64,000 nucleotides of DNA from assembly GCA_963933835.1 (NCBI GenBank), contig CAWVVV010000003.1, forward strand, positions 224,001-288,000, given 5' to 3'. Of the stretch, positions 1 through 9,401 are shown one piece after another. The stretch is from an uncultured Puniceicoccaceae bacterium (GTDB taxonomy: Bacteria > Verrucomicrobiota > Verrucomicrobiia > Opitutales > Oceanipulchritudinaceae). Within the stretch, counting starts at the first letter, position 1; every line of letters starts with the position of its first letter. The translations under genes were made by a program, and so were the position numbers. Below the pieces are notes generated by a model, which saw only the letters and a program-made list of their open reading frames with translations, was not told the origin of the DNA and made no database searches.

Positions 1-625
1 TGATCGACTCGTGGCGAAGTGGATCGAATTCACCGCGGATGGTTCCATATAACCGGATCACATCAGGGTGCGACATACTATGAAACAAACCCGTCGCAGC
101 AGCATCCCGCAAAGTCTCGAAATAGGCAGTGATGAGTTCGTCATCGGTCTCAAAACCTCCGTTCAAAAACCAGTCGTGGTAGGCCGGCATGTGATGGTGC
201 ACTGAGCCCAAAACAAAATCGAAGGGATGCAAAGTGAGTATCTCCCCGATCGCATCCTGTATCGCTGGATTTGGAAATACCTCTCCTTCGATACCACAGA
301 GAACATCAACACCGAGCGCAGCGCCATACTCGCGCATCTCAGCGACTAGCTCTATATAAGCTGACAGTTCAGCTTCTCGCATCCGCATGCGACGCCCACC
401 AAAGGTAAGATCATCAAATGGCATGTGACAGGTGAAACAGATGCGGCTCAGCCCCCGCTCAGCCGCTCGATCAACATACGTCTTTGGCGCGCCGATCGCA
501 TGACCACACATCCACGTATGCATGTGGCAATCGAACCACGGAGTGTAGTCGAACTGAGAATCCTCAGACTCCACCTCGAACGGCGCGCGCGTCAGTTTTT
601 GGTAGAGCTTGTTAATGAAATTCAT
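1..625 (-). CDS. PHP-domain histidinol-phosphatase (HisJ family), runs off the window start
   Basis: Not in the ORF track. Manual minus-strand translation from ATG at 625 gives MNFINKL...FDCHMHTWMCGHAIG...AAERGLSRICFTCHMP...CGIEGE...FDFVLGSVHH...SHPD, which are the PHP metal-binding motifs. Confidence 0.85.
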   Translation of the reverse strand, partial: MNFINKLYQKLTRAPFEVESEDSQFDYTPWFDCHMHTWMCGHAIGAPKTYVDRAAERGLSRICFTCHMPFDDLTFGGRRMRMREAELSAYIELVAEMREYGAALGVDVLCGIEGEVFPNPAIQDAIGEILTLHPFDFVLGSVHHHMPAYHDWFLNGGFETDDELITAYFETLRDAAATGLFHSMSHPDVIRLYGTIRGEFDPLRHESI

Positions 626-670
626 ATTCGATGACAGAGACAGGATGAGAATAGATGAGCCTTGAGAAGC

Positions 671-1159
671 CTAGCGGTAGAGCAAGCAAACTGCCTGAGC
701 TGACATTCCCAAACCACGACCGATATCTCCCAATCGTTCATGAGTCGTCGCCTTGATTCCGATAACGTCCGCCGGCAGTCCAAGCGTCTGAGACAAGCAT
801 TGTTTCATCTCATCTAAATAGGGGGAGATTTTGGGGGCCTCGGCAACGAGCATGGCATCGAGATTTCCAATCGCCCACCCCAATGCAGCCACTTCTTCAG
901 CACAGCGCTTCAAGATTACTTGGGAGTCAATCCCCTCAATCGACGCGTCCGTGTTTGGAAAATAGTGCCCGATATCAGGCAAACCGGCGGCTCCTAATAT
1001 AGCATCCGAGAGTGCGTGGGATAAGACATCCGCATCCGAGTGCCCCTCCAATCCAACCTCAGAGGGGATTTCGACACCGCCGAGCACAAGCCTACGCCCT
1101 GCTACGAGGCGGTGAACGTCGTAGCCTAGGCCGACACGAAATGGTATCTTATTGCTCAT
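671..1159 (-). CDS. ispF: 2-C-methyl-D-erythritol 2,4-cyclodiphosphate synthase
   Basis: RVGLGYDVHRL, GHSDADVLSHA..DAILGA, DIGHYFP and IKATTHE motifs; likely start at MSNKIPF, overlapping the ispD stop. Confidence 0.95.
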   Translation of the reverse strand: MSNKIPFRVGLGYDVHRLVAGRRLVLGGVEIPSEVGLEGHSDADVLSHALSDAILGAAGLPDIGHYFPNTDASIEGIDSQVILKRCAEEVAALGWAIGNLDAMLVAEAPKISPYLDEMKQCLSQTLGLPADVIGIKATTHERLGDIGRGLGMSAQAVCLLYR

Positions 1160-1854
1160 TATATTTTCGCAGAGTCCAGAAGGTGGGCGGCCCAAGCAAG
1201 GTCTTCCGGTCGAGTAATTTTAGGATTCGGGTATTCATTTTCAAAAATCGTCACTCCATGCCCAAGGCGAGCGACCGCAGCAGCATCGTCCGTCAAAAGG
1301 ACAGACCGATCTGAATAACCCTCCTCGATCAGCTCACGCCGAAAAATCTGTGGCGTCTCCATCGCCCAAATGCGCGAACGATCAAGATCCTCCAACACAA
1401 CTTGAGCCGTCGAGCCGTCGGCTGGAATCCGCTTAATCGTGTCCGTCACACGGCGTCCCACCACAACTGCACCATCCGCTCTAGTGAGTTCGAGGGCGGC
1501 TAGGATCGTGCCACTCGTTATAAGCGGCCGGGCACCATCATGGATCGCGACATAGGCGGCATCGGCCGAAAGCACAGCGAGCCCCGCCCTTACGCTGTCA
1601 GCTCGCTCTACCCCGCCCCGTGTAAAGGCCACATCGACAAGTTCCATCCCATCGACCAGGGCACGAATCGCCGTTTCTTGATCATCGTCACGGCAGACAA
1701 ATATAAAGCGGCTAAACGCCTTCGTTTCGACAAAGGCACGGATCGAACGGAGCAAGACAGGCATACCAGCGAGATCCGCCAATAGTTTGTCCTCAACCGC
1801 GCCCCGCATCCGTGTGCCAGAACCTCCCGCTAATAAAATGACTTCCGAGCTCAT
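1159..1854 (-). CDS. ispD: 2-C-methyl-D-erythritol 4-phosphate cytidylyltransferase
   Basis: ILLAGGSGTRM, GGVERADSV, IHDGARP, ETPQIF, TDDA and NPKITRPEDL motifs. Confidence 0.95.
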   Translation of the reverse strand: MSSEVILLAGGSGTRMRGAVEDKLLADLAGMPVLLRSIRAFVETKAFSRFIFVCRDDDQETAIRALVDGMELVDVAFTRGGVERADSVRAGLAVLSADAAYVAIHDGARPLITSGTILAALELTRADGAVVVGRRVTDTIKRIPADGSTAQVVLEDLDRSRIWAMETPQIFRRELIEEGYSDRSVLLTDDAAAVARLGHGVTIFENEYPNPKITRPEDLAWAAHLLDSAKI

Positions 1855-1920
1855 AAACGTGAATGACTTTGACCACTCAAACAGGCCGCGCAACCTTGCT
1901 TCGACCTTAGACGCGAAAGA

Positions 1921-2823
1921 ATGCAGCTCCTCACCGAACCCTTATCCCCTAGCCTCCAGCGAGAGTGCCCTGCAAAAATAAACCTCCGCTTAGCTGTGCT
2001 CGGGAAGCGTGAGGACGGTTACCACGACCTGTCTTCTATTGTCGCCCCGATCAGTCTCTACGACCGGCTTGAGGCCGAATGGCTCCAAGGCGACAAGCCC
2101 GACACGCTAAGTATCCCCAACAGTGACCTCGATCCTGGGGAGTCCAATTTAGTCACTCGGGCACTTCAGGCCTTTCGCGCCGCCTATCCATTTCCAGGGC
2201 ACCTCAAGACCACCTTGCGGAAAGCTATCCCAAGCGGCGCGGGCCTCGGTGGAGGGAGCAGCGATGCTGCAGGCATGCTCCTGCTCCTCCAAGAGATGTG
2301 GGGGGACCCGCTGAAAGGTGCAGAGTTAAAAGCCATCGCGACAAAACTCGGTGCGGATGTGCCCTTTTTCCTCGCATCGACAACCGCACTGATGCGTGGG
2401 ATCGGCGACGAGCTCACCTTGCTTCCCGAACTGCACGACAAGCTAAAGGACGCTAAACTCTTTATTTTCAAACCCTCGTTCGGTATCTCCACAGCCTGGG
2501 CATACAAAGCCCTCGCCGAGCATTCGGCTTATCAAGACGCGAGCACCGAAGAGGCTTTGCTCTCTGCCGCCCTCGCAGGGGGGTCACCCTTCAAGCAACT
2601 TCCCTTTAATGCCTTTCGACACGTTGCAGACCGACGATTCCCGACCTTGCCTGTCCTCCTCGAAAAACTTCAGTCTTCCTTTTCAGTGACTCCGGAAATG
2701 AGCGGCAGCGGCAGCGCCTGCTTCACAGCCTACACGTGTGAGGAAGAGTGGCAAAAGATGGAGCACATGGTTAAGGAAGCATGGGGGGAAACCGCCTTTT
2801 GCGAAAAAGTCCATGTCGTTTAA
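1921..2823 (+). CDS. ispE: 4-diphosphocytidyl-2-C-methyl-D-erythritol kinase
   Basis: PAKINLRL, KREDGYHDL, IPSGAGLGGGSSDAA, LGADVPFF and MSGSGS motifs. Confidence 0.95.
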   Translation: MQLLTEPLSPSLQRECPAKINLRLAVLGKREDGYHDLSSIVAPISLYDRLEAEWLQGDKPDTLSIPNSDLDPGESNLVTRALQAFRAAYPFPGHLKTTLRKAIPSGAGLGGGSSDAAGMLLLLQEMWGDPLKGAELKAIATKLGADVPFFLASTTALMRGIGDELTLLPELHDKLKDAKLFIFKPSFGISTAWAYKALAEHSAYQDASTEEALLSAALAGGSPFKQLPFNAFRHVADRRFPTLPVLLEKLQSSFSVTPEMSGSGSACFTAYTCEEEWQKMEHMVKEAWGETAFCEKVHVV

Positions 2824-2937
2824 TTTCCTTGCCAACAAACGGCTAACTGCCTCCGGTGACCATCGGCTGTGTCGCTCTAGGCCTCCATCCCGATTGACGC
2901 GCTCACTAGAGCCTGTAAGCCTTTCCTACACGTCACC

Positions 2938-4698
2938 TTGCGAAATTCTAACGAAGAAATTGTGGTTCAAGGCATCGCTGCTTCCCCGGGAGTTGCGGTG
3001 GGCTCAGCCTGTGTCCTCTTAAAAAGCGAGTTAGAGATTCCCAAACACGAGGTTGCCCCAGAACATCGGGAAGACGAAATCGCTCGCTTCGAGGCTAGCC
3101 TCATGGAGACGCGACGGCAGATCAGTGAAATCCGCGCCGAGGTCGCTGAAAAAGTAGGCGAGAGTGAAGCGGCCATTTTCGACGCGCACCAACTCGTCCT
3201 CGAAGACCGAGCACTTATAGAAGAAGCGGTACGCGAAGTCGTGGAAGGCGGCTACAATATCGAGTATAGCTTCCACCGCGTCGCCAACCGCTATATTGAA
3301 GCCTTCTCGCAGATTGAGGACGAATACATCAAAGAGCGGGCCTCAGACATCAAAGACGTTACCCGGCGCCTCCTCTCAAATTTGATCGGGCGACAAGATG
3401 TCGTCATCGATGCAAGCCGCGCCACTGACATCATCGTCGCGGACGACGTCTCTCCATCCGAAGCCTCTCAGTTAGACCACGCTTCCCTCAAAGCAATCGC
3501 GACCGACCACGGAAGCCGAAACAGCCACACCGTAATCATGGCTCGATCGATGGGGGTCCCATGCGTGATCGGGCTCAAGGATCTGACAAGCCGCATCCAG
3601 CCGGAAGATGAAATCCTCGTCGATGGTTTTGACGGAATCGTCATTATCAATCCATCCGAGTCGTCACGCTACAAATACGGCCAGCTTCAGATCGAGCGTG
3701 ACCGCGTCACGAAGGTTTTTACCGACTCCAAATACGAGCCCGCCGCTACAAGCGATGGAACCGAATATCAGGTCATGCTCAATATCGAGGGGCACGAAAC
3801 CACAGAGCAGCTTCAAAGCAGCGGAGCTGGAGGGATCGGCCTTTTCCGGACCGAGAACCTGTTTCTCGGCCGCAAAGACTTCCCCGATGAAGAAGAGCAG
3901 TATGCGATCTACAAACGGGTCGCCGAGGCCGTTTCTCCGAAACCCGTCACGATCCGCACGCTCGACCTCGGTGGAGATAAAAACCCGCACAACAGTCTCT
4001 ACGGATATTCCGAGGCAAACCCATTCATGGGATACCGTGCGATTCGTTTTTGCTTAGATCATCCTACCGTTTTCAAAGCCCAGCTGAGGGCCATCTTGCG
4101 GGCCAGTGCGCACGGTAACATCCGCGTGCTCTACCCCATGATTGCTAGCTGCGAGGAACTGGTAAAAGCCAACTTCCTGCTCGAAGAGTGTAAAGAAGAG
4201 CTCAAGAGCGAAGGTGTCGCTTACGATGCTGAGATCGCGCGCGGATGTATGATCGAGATCCCTAGCGCCGCTGTCATCACTGACCTCCTCGCCGAGCACT
4301 GTGACTTTTTTAGCATCGGAACGAACGACCTCGTCCAGTATCTGCTCGCGGTTGATCGCGTGAACGAGCGGATCGCACACCTTTACAACCCTTGCCAACC
4401 TGCCGTATTGCGCTCGCTGAGCTTCATCTTTGCCTCCAGCCATCGAAAAAAGAAACCCGTCTCCGTCTGTGGAGAAATGGCCGGCGACCCCCTCTATGCT
4501 CCCCTCCTCCTCGGCCTAGGAGCGGACGAGCTCAGCGTTTCTCAAAGCTCCGTCGCTGAGGTTAAGTTCCTCATCCGCAAGCTATCCAAAGACAAACTCG
4601 TCGAAATCGCGAAAGAGCTCCAACATATGACGGATTCTGAGCTGATCGAGAAACGCCTCCTCGAGATCCACGATCAACTGGTTGCCGACGCCGTCTAA
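2938..4698 (+). CDS. ptsI: Phosphoenolpyruvate-protein phosphotransferase (PTS enzyme I)
   Basis: GIAASPG, phospho-His motif SHTVIMARS, GIGLFRTE, RTLDLGGDK, EANPFMGYRAIR, FSIGTNDL and VCGEMAGDP. Confidence 0.95.
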   Translation: MRNSNEEIVVQGIAASPGVAVGSACVLLKSELEIPKHEVAPEHREDEIARFEASLMETRRQISEIRAEVAEKVGESEAAIFDAHQLVLEDRALIEEAVREVVEGGYNIEYSFHRVANRYIEAFSQIEDEYIKERASDIKDVTRRLLSNLIGRQDVVIDASRATDIIVADDVSPSEASQLDHASLKAIATDHGSRNSHTVIMARSMGVPCVIGLKDLTSRIQPEDEILVDGFDGIVIINPSESSRYKYGQLQIERDRVTKVFTDSKYEPAATSDGTEYQVMLNIEGHETTEQLQSSGAGGIGLFRTENLFLGRKDFPDEEEQYAIYKRVAEAVSPKPVTIRTLDLGGDKNPHNSLYGYSEANPFMGYRAIRFCLDHPTVFKAQLRAILRASAHGNIRVLYPMIASCEELVKANFLLEECKEELKSEGVAYDAEIARGCMIEIPSAAVITDLLAEHCDFFSIGTNDLVQYLLAVDRVNERIAHLYNPCQPAVLRSLSFIFASSHRKKKPVSVCGEMAGDPLYAPLLLGLGADELSVSQSSVAEVKFLIRKLSKDKLVEIAKELQHMTDSELIEKRLLEIHDQLVADAV

Positions 4699-4721
4699 GT
4701 AAGTTGCCTCTTTAAAAGCGA

Positions 4722-5198
4722 ATGCCGTCGAAATCGCAGGTCATTGTAGTTTGCACTGGAAACAGCTGCCGCAGCCCCATGGGCGAACGACTTCTCGCAC
4801 ACGCCCTCGATGCCGAAGCCTCACCTCTAAAGGAAATCGAGGTGATTTCAGCCGGAGTCTCCGCCTTCCCAGGCGATCCCGCTTCTGCAAACTCGATCAA
4901 AGCACTCGAAAAGGTTGGGCTCGACCTGACGGACCACCGAACCCGCTCCTTCACCTCCTATTTATTAGAAAATACCGTCGCGATTTTTGTCATGACGGAA
5001 GGGCATCGCGCCATCATCGAGCGAAGTTTCCAAGAGCTCGAGCTACCGCCCGTCCTACTCTTTCGCGAACTAATGGACGGAGCAACAGACGTCCCAGATC
5101 CCTTTGGAGCGCACCTTGGAGCCTACATCGAAACTCGCGACGCGCTCGCCGAGGCTACCCCTTCACTCGTCAGCTGGTTGAAGAAAAACGTGCAGTGA
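4722..5198 (+). CDS. Low-molecular-weight protein tyrosine/arginine phosphatase
   Basis: P-loop CTGNSCRSPM and DVPDPFG. Confidence 0.9.
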   Translation: MPSKSQVIVVCTGNSCRSPMGERLLAHALDAEASPLKEIEVISAGVSAFPGDPASANSIKALEKVGLDLTDHRTRSFTSYLLENTVAIFVMTEGHRAIIERSFQELELPPVLLFRELMDGATDVPDPFGAHLGAYIETRDALAEATPSLVSWLKKNVQ

Positions 5199-5219
5199 CG
5201 TCGGCTTACCTAGGAGCGT

Positions 5220-6044
5220 CTATTTGAGCTCCACGACGATTGCCGTCAGGTTATCGCGACCCGATGCAGCGATGCCCTCCTTAATCAGGCGATCCGCTGC
5301 CACTTCATCAACGAGCCACGGCGGAGGCGTCCGCACAAGCGACTCGATGGACCGCTCGGAAAGACCGTCCGTAACCCCATCGCTGCAGAGAACAAGTTGG
5401 TCGCCCGGCTCATATTCGATCGCGCCAAGCTGAGGCGTAACGGTCGCCTGACCTCCACCTAAGACCTGCTGAAGCAAGTTTCGCCGAGGATGATAACGTG
5501 CTTCTGACGCGGTGATCTTACCTTGCTTCACCAGCCATGCTACGTGGGTGTGATCGGTTGAGGCCTGACGAATGCCTCCCGCCGAGGGCAAAAAGTAGAG
5601 GCGGCTATCGCCGACATGAGCAAAAAAGATTTTCTCCGGCGTCACCCAGCAAAGCGTCAAGGTCGCGCCCATCCCCTTCGTTTCCTCATAGGCGCTTCCC
5701 TGAAAGCGCATCTCGGCATGAATCTGCTCAAAAAGCGCCTCTAGAAAATCATGCCCACCGCGTTGGAAGCCGGCGGCCGCAAGCTTGAAGCTACTCTGCA
5801 TCAGCTCTGTGATCTTTCGCACCGCGATGCGACTAGCGAACTCGCCGGCATTCGCCCCGCCCATGCCATCACTCACCGCAAAGACGCAGTCGCCTTCGCC
5901 TAGGTTCGTGCTCCCTTCTTTCCCTAAGTAGCGAACCTCCTCACTATCAAAAGTCAGGGCGAGAAAAGCGTCTTCATTGTTTTTGCGAAACTTTCCTGGG
6001 TGCGACCAACCTGACCACGAGACTTCAATCGATTTTTCAGTCAT
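5220..6044 (-). CDS. PP2C-family Ser/Thr protein phosphatase
   Basis: RKNNEDA, VSDGMGGANAGEFAS, GMGATLT, HVGDSRLY, LCSDGV and GRDNLT motifs. Confidence 0.92.
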   Translation of the reverse strand: MTEKSIEVSWSGWSHPGKFRKNNEDAFLALTFDSEEVRYLGKEGSTNLGEGDCVFAVSDGMGGANAGEFASRIAVRKITELMQSSFKLAAAGFQRGGHDFLEALFEQIHAEMRFQGSAYEETKGMGATLTLCWVTPEKIFFAHVGDSRLYFLPSAGGIRQASTDHTHVAWLVKQGKITASEARYHPRRNLLQQVLGGGQATVTPQLGAIEYEPGDQLVLCSDGVTDGLSERSIESLVRTPPPWLVDEVAADRLIKEGIAASGRDNLTAIVVELK

Positions 6045-6481
6045 ACTTTGCGCTCCCAGTCTCCATCGTGTGTCGCTTCAACTTCTGCGAGAGTAAGCCC
6101 TTCGCCCGTTGAAAGAATGGTCGAAAACTCAAAATCGATCAGGCAAAAGCGGCCTTGGCGGGCGTCATATGTGACATTTCTTAAGAAGGCATCTTCATGG
6201 CGGACGCCAAATTGTTCCAGTTCAGCAAAAAGATTCTTCAGTTTTTCCTCCGAAAGCTTCCCCGCCATTTTCCCGCAATTTGTCGTAATGATCGTCAATG
6301 TCGGCTCATCGACATCGAGCAGCTTCGGCACAAAACCACAGCCATGCCGCTCTAAATAGCGCAATGCGCGGACTTCGTTCGCGAACCGAGCCTCCGCACA
6401 TGGCCCATGATACCGCTTCCTCACCCGACCATCATAGGTGATATGTACCGTGGCCTGCTTAGTATTTTTGATCTCTCGCAT
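6041..6481 (-). CDS. Minimal (146 aa) protein-kinase-like-fold protein
   Basis: VRKRY lysine, alphaC NEV, catalytic loop HEDAFLRN and IDFE; its stop overlaps the PP2C start (ATGA). Confidence 0.75.
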   Translation of the reverse strand: MREIKNTKQATVHITYDGRVRKRYHGPCAEARFANEVRALRYLERHGCGFVPKLLDVDEPTLTIITTNCGKMAGKLSEEKLKNLFAELEQFGVRHEDAFLRNVTYDARQGRFCLIDFEFSTILSTGEGLTLAEVEATHDGDWERKV

Positions 6482-6614
6482 GTATATTTTTAGCCAACTA
6501 GGGTCGAATATGATTGATTGGTCCGGTAGCTGCTGAATCTTAGTCGACTGCTGGACCAATCCTCCCGAATTGTCTCCGCTTCATTTAACAAAGACCCTAG
6601 ATACCCAAAAGAAA

Positions 6615-7628
6615 ATGTCTAAATACAAGCTCGAGTATATCTGGTTGGATGGCTACCAACCTGTTCCTAATCTTCGTGGCAAGACCCGCATTGCGAGTAA
6701 AGCCCCCAAAAGCCTCGCCGACCTCCCTGAGTGGGGATTTGACGGCAGCTCCACACAACAAGCTGATGGTGGAGACTCGGACTGTATCCTGAAGCCGGTT
6801 GCTTTCTACCCAGATGATGGACGCGACAATGGCTACATCGTCATGTGTGAAGTCATGCTTCCAAATGGTGATGCGCATCCAAGCAACTACCGCGCAACGA
6901 TCGTCGATGACGAAGACACATGGTTCGGCCTTGAGCAGGAATACTTCCTCTATCAAGACGGGCGCCCTCTCGGCTGGCCTGAAGAAGGGTTCCCCGCACC
7001 ACAGGGTGAATACTACACCGGTGTTGGCTTTGAAGCTGTTGGTTCGATCGCTCGTGCCATCGTCGAAGAGCACCTCGACCTCTGCCTCGCAGCAGGCATC
7101 AACCACGAAGGCATCAATGCTGAAGTGGCTAAAGGCCAGTGGGAATTCCAAGTCTTCGCTAAGGGTTCTAAGAAGTGCGCAGACGACATCTGGGTTTCGC
7201 GCTATATCCTCAATCGCCTCTGCGAAAAATACGAAATCTCAGTCAACTACGACTGTAAGCCTTTCGACGGCGACTGGAACGGTTCCGGTATGCACTGTAA
7301 CTTCTCCACGAAATTCATGCGTGAAACAGGTGGTAAAGACTACTTCCTCAAGCTCATGGATGCCTTCGAGAAGAATACCGACGAGCACATCGCTGCCTAC
7401 GGCCCAGACAATCACCTCCGTCTCACTGGTCTCCACGAGACTCAGTCGATCGACAAGTTCAGCTGGGGCATTGCTGACCGCGGTGCATCTGTCCGTGTTC
7501 CACATGCCTTCGTTAAGGATGATGCATACCAAGGTTACCTCGAAGATCGTCGTCCGAACTCGAAGGGTGATCCCTACCAAATCTGCTCACGCGTTCTCAA
7601 GACGATCGCTGAAGTTTCTACGAGCTAG
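6615..7628 (+). CDS. glnII: Glutamine synthetase type II
   Basis: LEYIWLDG, WGFDGSST, GLEQEY, GINAEVAKGQWEFQ, DWNGSGMHCNFS, RLTGLHET and GYLEDRRP; the ~337-aa size is typical of GSII. Confidence 0.92.
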   Translation: MSKYKLEYIWLDGYQPVPNLRGKTRIASKAPKSLADLPEWGFDGSSTQQADGGDSDCILKPVAFYPDDGRDNGYIVMCEVMLPNGDAHPSNYRATIVDDEDTWFGLEQEYFLYQDGRPLGWPEEGFPAPQGEYYTGVGFEAVGSIARAIVEEHLDLCLAAGINHEGINAEVAKGQWEFQVFAKGSKKCADDIWVSRYILNRLCEKYEISVNYDCKPFDGDWNGSGMHCNFSTKFMRETGGKDYFLKLMDAFEKNTDEHIAAYGPDNHLRLTGLHETQSIDKFSWGIADRGASVRVPHAFVKDDAYQGYLEDRRPNSKGDPYQICSRVLKTIAEVSTS

Positions 7629-7656
7629 TAGCGTTCTCAAAGCAGACCACTATTTC

Positions 7657-7689
7657 AAAGCGCTCTCCGTTTCGGAGGGCGCTTTTTTT
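7657..7689 (+). terminator. Rho-independent terminator after glnII (possibly bidirectional)
   Basis: AAAGCGCTCTCCG-TTT-CGGAGGGCGCTTT hairpin running into a T tract, between convergent genes. Confidence 0.85.
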
Positions 7690-7713
7690 GTACGCCGCAT
7701 GAGGCTTCAAGGT

Positions 7714-9267
7714 CTACGAAAGCTTGAGATTGTACTGCTCGATGCGCTTACGCAGCGTAGCCCGAGTGATACCAAGCAGAGCACTCGCCTTCACTTGATT
7801 CCCCTCCGTCTCCTTTAGAACACGCACCAACATGGCACGCTCCAAAGTCGGCAAAATTGGATCTTCGACCTGCTCGCGCACTGAGGCGTAAAGCAAATCG
7901 TAGACGCCTTCGAGATCGAGCTCTGCGCCGGCAGACTTCACCGACCCATCGGACACGTTCCCAGTCGGTATGGTCGAAGTAAGCTCCTGAGCCGCAGCGC
8001 TATCAGCACTTTCGGGTTTCAATTCAACCTGCTTCGCTTCTGCTGATGAAGCGGAGGTAGGCCCCTTTTTCGCGTTCACCACTGTGACCAGCTCGATCGG
8101 TAGATCGGAAGCAAGAATGCTATCTCCTTTGGCCATGACGGCAGAACGCTGAATTACATTTTCCAACTCGCGCACATTGCCAGGCCATGGGTAAGTGCAC
8201 AGGATATCGAGGGCATCCGATGACACCTGCCGCACCTTCGTCTTCCGTGACTTCTGCATGCGCTGGAGCATGAAATCAATCAGCGACGGGATATCGGAAG
8301 AGCGCTCCCAAAGCGAAGGCAAGCGAACCCGCATGACGTTCAGGCGGTAGTAAAGATCTTCGCGAAAAGTCTTTTTATCGACCATCTTTTCAAGGTCTTT
8401 GTTTGTCGCCGCAATGACGCGCACATCAACTTTGATCGGCTCGGAGCCACCCACGCGTTGAATTTCTCCCTCCTGAAGCGCGCGCAAAATCTTCGTCTGT
8501 GTCGAAAGCTCCATATCCCCGATTTCATCAAGAAAGAGGGTTCCGCCATCGCACTGTTCGAAACAACCACGGCGCTGCTGAGTCGCACCTGTGAATGAGC
8601 CTTTCTCGTGACCAAAGAGCTCGCTCTCGATCAGGTTCTCGGGAATCGCGGCACAATTCACCGCCATGAACGGATTGGCTGACCGGTGGCTGTGTTGCCA
8701 GATCGCCCGAGCGATAAGTTCTTTACCTGTTCCGCTCTCGCCCGTGATTAAAACCGTGACCTCGCTCACCGCGACTTGGCCGATCGCCTTAAAAACTTCC
8801 TGCATCGGCTCGGACTGACCGACGATGCCCTCCTTATAGTCCTCACTGTTCAGGAGCGGCGTGTAAGAGCCCTTCGACTCTACCAAGTCCCGGTGCGATG
8901 CGACCGCTTTTTCTACAAGTTCGAGAACTTTGCTCACATCAAAGGGTTTGATGATGTAATCGAAGGCGCCAAACTTCATTGCTTCGATCGCCGTCTGGGT
9001 CGTCCCAAAGGCCGTCATGAGGATGGTCATCGACTGTGGTGATGCCGAGCGCAGATGCTGAAGCGTCTCGATGCCGCCCATGCCCTCCATCCGATTATCA
9101 AGGAAGATGACCATTGGGTGCAGCTTCTCAGCAACTTTTATACCCTCCTCACCGCTGCTGGCGGTGGTGACTTGATAAGAGCGCGAAGCAAGAACACGCT
9201 CTAGGGAGTATCGTATCTCGGAATCATCGTCGATGATGAGGATCGTCGTATCAGCGGGGGAGCTCAT
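7714..9267 (-). CDS. Sigma-54-dependent response regulator (NtrC/AtoC family: REC-AAA+-Fis HTH)
   Basis: N-terminal REC domain; [39 protein letters not shown] and [11 protein letters not shown]-terminal [19 protein letters not shown]. Confidence 0.92.
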   Translation of the reverse strand: MSSPADTTILIIDDDSEIRYSLERVLASRSYQVTTASSGEEGIKVAEKLHPMVIFLDNRMEGMGGIETLQHLRSASPQSMTILMTAFGTTQTAIEAMKFGAFDYIIKPFDVSKVLELVEKAVASHRDLVESKGSYTPLLNSEDYKEGIVGQSEPMQEVFKAIGQVAVSEVTVLITGESGTGKELIARAIWQHSHRSANPFMAVNCAAIPENLIESELFGHEKGSFTGATQQRRGCFEQCDGGTLFLDEIGDMELSTQTKILRALQEGEIQRVGGSEPIKVDVRVIAATNKDLEKMVDKKTFREDLYYRLNVMRVRLPSLWERSSDIPSLIDFMLQRMQKSRKTKVRQVSSDALDILCTYPWPGNVRELENVIQRSAVMAKGDSILASDLPIELVTVVNAKKGPTSASSAEAKQVELKPESADSAAAQELTSTIPTGNVSDGSVKSAGAELDLEGVYDLLYASVREQVEDPILPTLERAMLVRVLKETEGNQVKASALLGITRATLRKRIEQYNLKLS

Positions 9268-9401
9268 TATAAAAGTGCTCGGGAATTCACCCGTGCCGCG
9301 CATGCCTTGTCAATCCCTCTAAACCCACACTCTCATTTCCTCTCCAATCGACGTTGAGCCAAGGCTTGCGGTTTAGAATTAAATCGGTGAAATCTGGCAC
9401 C

